Virus record (IMG/VR): IMGVR_UViG_3300025936_000018
Source of the DNA: a virus
Lineage: Duplodnaviria > Heunggongvirae > Uroviricota > Caudoviricetes
Direction: 5' to 3' (one strand)
DNA length: 32,331 bases
The notes under the pieces: model-generated
Databases searched by the model: none
Seen by the model: only the letters and a program-made list of their open reading frames with translations
Told to the model about the DNA's origin: nothing
Shown: positions 29,826 through 32,331 of the stretch, piece after piece
How the letters are laid out: every line of letters starts with the position of its first letter
Position numbering within the stretch: position 1 is the first letter of the stretch
Made by a program: the position numbers and the translations under genes

Positions 29826-30203
29826 CTACGCCGGCAGCGGCGCGCGCACGCGCTCAACGGGACGCAGCTTGACCGTCTTCGGCAGCCGGAGTCGTGCGTT
29901 CGCGCGCCGTCGCCTGCGCTTGCGGTCATCGTCCGAGCCGCCGGTGAGCGCGTCGTCGACGAACCATACGACCGTGACGAGCTCCATGACGAGCGCGACC
30001 TCGCCGATGCCGATGAAGAGGACGACCATCGCGTCGAACGCGAGCAGCAACGCCTGGACGCCCATGATGGCGCTCTTGTGGAGCCGCCATGCGCGTCCGA
30101 GTGGACGACTGACGTGCCGGCCGCGTCCTTTCCGGTCGACCGGGCAGATGATCCCGACGAGCAGGACGACCGTCGCGCAGCCGATGCCGAGCAGCTGGAT
30201 CAC
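29826..30203 (-). CDS. Membrane protein
   Basis: Three hydrophobic segments, basic tail; GTGA overlap. Confidence 0.6.
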   Translation of the reverse strand: MIQLLGIGCATVVLLVGIICPVDRKGRGRHVSRPLGRAWRLHKSAIMGVQALLLAFDAMVVLFIGIGEVALVMELVTVVWFVDDALTGGSDDDRKRRRRRANARLRLPKTVKLRPVERVRAPLPA

Positions 30204-30568
30204 GGCCGTTCACCCTGCTCGGCGGCCGCGCGGAGCTCGTCCTGCCGGCCGGCGCAGTCCAAGAGCGCTCGCAGCGAACCGCCGGACGCGTCGAACTCCT
30301 CGTCGACGTAGAACGTCCCGCCGATGGCGGCTCGCACCGGGTCTCGCCCTTCGGCGATCGCTAGCGCGCGGCGCGCGTCGCAGCCTGACGTCCAGTAGAT
30401 GTAGTCGTCGTCGATCACGCCGACGAGCTCGAGCGTCTTCGCGGTCGCCACGAGAGCGTCGCCGTCACGCTCGAGGAATCCTTCACGAACGAGCCTCGCG
30501 ATCAGATCGTCGCGCGACTCAGGCTCGGGGAGGCGGTACCGCCGGAACCGTGAGAGCCAGCGCTTCAT
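30200..30568 (-). CDS. Hypothetical protein
   Basis: ATG 30568 overlaps upstream TGA; C-terminal part of track ORF 30200..30781. Confidence 0.6.
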   Translation of the reverse strand: MKRWLSRFRRYRLPEPESRDDLIARLVREGFLERDGDALVATAKTLELVGVIDDDYIYWTSGCDARRALAIAEGRDPVRAAIGGTFYVDEEFDASGGSLRALLDCAGRQDELRAAAEQGERP

Positions 30569-31203
30569 GCTCCGCAGCACCGCTTGAACTTGATCCCGCT
30601 TCCGCACGGGCACTTGTCGTTGCGGCCGACCTTCCGCGCCTTCGGCGACAGCGTGAAGCCGGCCGGCATGGCCGTCATCCGCGGACTCGCGACGTAGAGC
30701 TCGCGCTTCTCGGTCGGGTCGGGATGCGGGACCGCGATCGCGAATCCCTTCGGGCACTCGAGCCGCCAGTCGAACGGACACGGGCAGCGCGGGTCCTCGA
30801 GCGGCGTGAACGTCGTGTAGTGCGGCAGGCGAAGCGAGAGCGCCGGGCAGAGCGCGTTGATCATCGGATTCTCGGCGTCCTCGACGACGCCGAAGTGCTC
30901 GACCTCGAGCGTCGCGTCCATGATCCCTCGCTCGAGCGGCTTGCTGTGGACGGTCGCGCAGATGACTTTGCGGCCGTCATCGAGCAGCATCCGCCCCCAC
31001 GCGTGCGGGAAGAGGATCTCGCCCGGGTCGTCGCCGGCGGCAATCGCTGCGCCGAAGCGTTCGTCGGTGGCGAACTCGACGCCGCGCTCGCGGAGCTCCT
31101 CGGCGATCCGGCGAGCCTCGGCCGGGTCGGCGGATTCGCTGATGACCTTCTCGACCTCGTCGTCGAACGGGATCGCGCCGGGCGGTAGCCAGAGCTTGCT
31201 CAT
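30565..31203 (-). CDS. SEC-C motif-containing protein
   Basis: C-terminal KVGRNDKCPCGSGIKFKRCC; no SecA ATPase domains. Confidence 0.88.
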   Translation of the reverse strand: MSKLWLPPGAIPFDDEVEKVISESADPAEARRIAEELRERGVEFATDERFGAAIAAGDDPGEILFPHAWGRMLLDDGRKVICATVHSKPLERGIMDATLEVEHFGVVEDAENPMINALCPALSLRLPHYTTFTPLEDPRCPCPFDWRLECPKGFAIAVPHPDPTEKRELYVASPRMTAMPAGFTLSPKARKVGRNDKCPCGSGIKFKRCCGA

Positions 31204-31640
31204 CAGAAGACGGCGTACTCCGCTTCGCGTTCTTCGCGACGGAGCCGCTCGACCTCGGTCGCGTAGTCGAAGATCAGGGTGCTGCGCGCATCGAAGTGGA
31301 AGTCCTTGACCTCCGACTGGCGCAGCGCAGCCAACATGCAGACCGGGCAGCCGTCGACCTCGTTCCGGAGCCAGTCGATGTCGTCCTGCCCAAGCAGGAG
31401 ATCGTCGCGTGCATCAGGATCGGCTGAGCGCGGAGCGAACCCCGCACGTGCGTTGAGCTCGACGGCGATCGGCGCGATGTCCATCTGCTTCGTCCCGTCG
31501 GAGTGACCGTCGATCCGCCATCGACAGACTCGGTTCGGGTTCATCGTGCAGCCGGCTTCGTGCTTCGCCATCGACGCGCGCGAGTGCCGATGAGCCCGGC
31601 AGTAGTCGCAGTAGTAGATCGTCCTCTGCGCCTCTCTCAT
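31203..31640 (-). CDS. Hypothetical zinc-binding phage protein
   Basis: YYCDYC...KHEAGCTMNPNRVC...GCPVCML. Confidence 0.7.
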   Translation of the reverse strand: MREAQRTIYYCDYCRAHRHSRASMAKHEAGCTMNPNRVCRWRIDGHSDGTKQMDIAPIAVELNARAGFAPRSADPDARDDLLLGQDDIDWLRNEVDGCPVCMLAALRQSEVKDFHFDARSTLIFDYATEVERLRREEREAEYAVF

Positions 31641-32233
31641 GCCGTCGCTCCGAGCAGCGCGAGCCTGTGCGCATTCCAGCCAGCGCAGAGCAGCGCCGGC
31701 GAGCCGTCCGCTTGGAACGCGACGGCGTCGATGATCGGCGGTCGGTAGTCGCCCGGGCCCGCCGGCAGCATGCCGTCCGGGAAGAACGCCGCGATCGCGT
31801 CATCGAGGTCCGGATGCGTGAAGCCGATCACGCGGCGCATCCCCTGGTGGCAGAAAAACCGGTCGCCCGAGCCAGCGATGTCGACCAGCTCATCGGCGTA
31901 GCCGCCGGCGCGCTCCGGCGAACCGTTCCGGTACGCGCAGTCGCGACAGCAGCGCGGCTGCGACACGACGACGAGTTGCGACGCCTGCGAGCGCGAGACG
32001 CCGAGATCAGCGGCGATCGAGTCGATCTCGGCGAGCTCCGGCTCGGCCTGCTCGAGGTCGTAGACCGGCTCCCAGCACGTGCACCGGCCCATCCCGTAGA
32101 CCGCGGCGCCCATGCAGCACGGAACGACTAAGAGCTCGGCGATCTCGTCCGGCAAGTCGGGCCCGGCGTACGTGTCGATCGAGACGGCGAAGCCGGTCTC
32201 TCGACCGAGCCGGCGCTGCTCGAGACTCTTCAT
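31637..32233 (-). CDS. Hypothetical Cys-rich protein
   Basis: PCCMG...CTCW, CCRDCAYR, FFCHQG, LLCAGW. Confidence 0.7.
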   Translation of the reverse strand: MKSLEQRRLGRETGFAVSIDTYAGPDLPDEIAELLVVPCCMGAAVYGMGRCTCWEPVYDLEQAEPELAEIDSIAADLGVSRSQASQLVVVSQPRCCRDCAYRNGSPERAGGYADELVDIAGSGDRFFCHQGMRRVIGFTHPDLDDAIAAFFPDGMLPAGPGDYRPPIIDAVAFQADGSPALLCAGWNAHRLALLGATA

Positions 32234-32331
32234 GAACGCAGCCGTCCCTCCACGAGCACCGGCACGATCCGAACGGGCGGCTCGGGCGTGTGCAGGTTCG
32301 TGATCGTGACGGCCGGCTCCGGCGGCAGCGC
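32230..32331 (-). CDS. 3' end of a gene entering from outside the window
   Basis: ...ALPPEPAVTITNLHTPEPPVRIVPVLVEGRLRS*, ATGA overlap with next gene. Confidence 0.5.
   Translation of the reverse strand, partial: ALPPEPAVTITNLHTPEPPVRIVPVLVEGRLRS

Larger units (their letters stand above)
1..32331. mobile_element. Tailed phage/prophage genome segment (head module, lysis and accessory genes)
   Basis: Portal, MuF, prohead protease, major capsid, HNH and holin-like genes, with dense ATGA/GTGA/TTGA-coupled small ORFs; no host housekeeping genes and no att site or integrase seen, so lytic vs temperate cannot be decided. Confidence 0.93.

Overview
The whole 32.3 kb window is part of a high-GC tailed-phage (or prophage) genome, most likely from an actinobacterial host (inferred from GC-rich codons, TANNNT -10 boxes and leaderless-type starts). 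The minus strand carries a head-morphogenesis module: small Cys protein, portal, 1303-aa MuF-type minor head protein, 915-aa capsid maturation protease, AAA ATPase, glycosyltransferase and major capsid protein. Upstream on the same strand lie an HNH gene, an initiator tRNA-Met, a glycosylation-type cluster (three more glycosyltransferase genes, one with two domains, a PIG-L deacetylase/methyltransferase fusion and a methyltransferase), a holin-like gene, a SEC-C protein and many small hypotheticals. Two plus-strand islands interrupt the head module (2298-3729 with an RNase H; 8490-12321 with LPD29- and DUF3560-like genes). The most striking candidate system is the MuF protein: a beads-on-a-string polyprotein (HiPIP-like Cys4, 2H phosphoesterase, MuF, GNAT-like, RelA/SpoT-like, ART/DUF3626-like). 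A recurring [LIM]-[TV]-A-[AS] motif lies at domain boundaries in it and in the portal, protease, ATPase and capsid, suggesting a protease cleavage code that frees virion-packaged effectors. Two candidate immunity genes sit convergently on the opposite strand. A repeated putative late promoter (CCGTCN-TAGRMT) and a repeated AT-rich palindrome (TGATATATTTATA) are visible directly in the DNA. No terminase, integrase or tail gene was recognised. All family names come from motif recognition by eye, not database searches.
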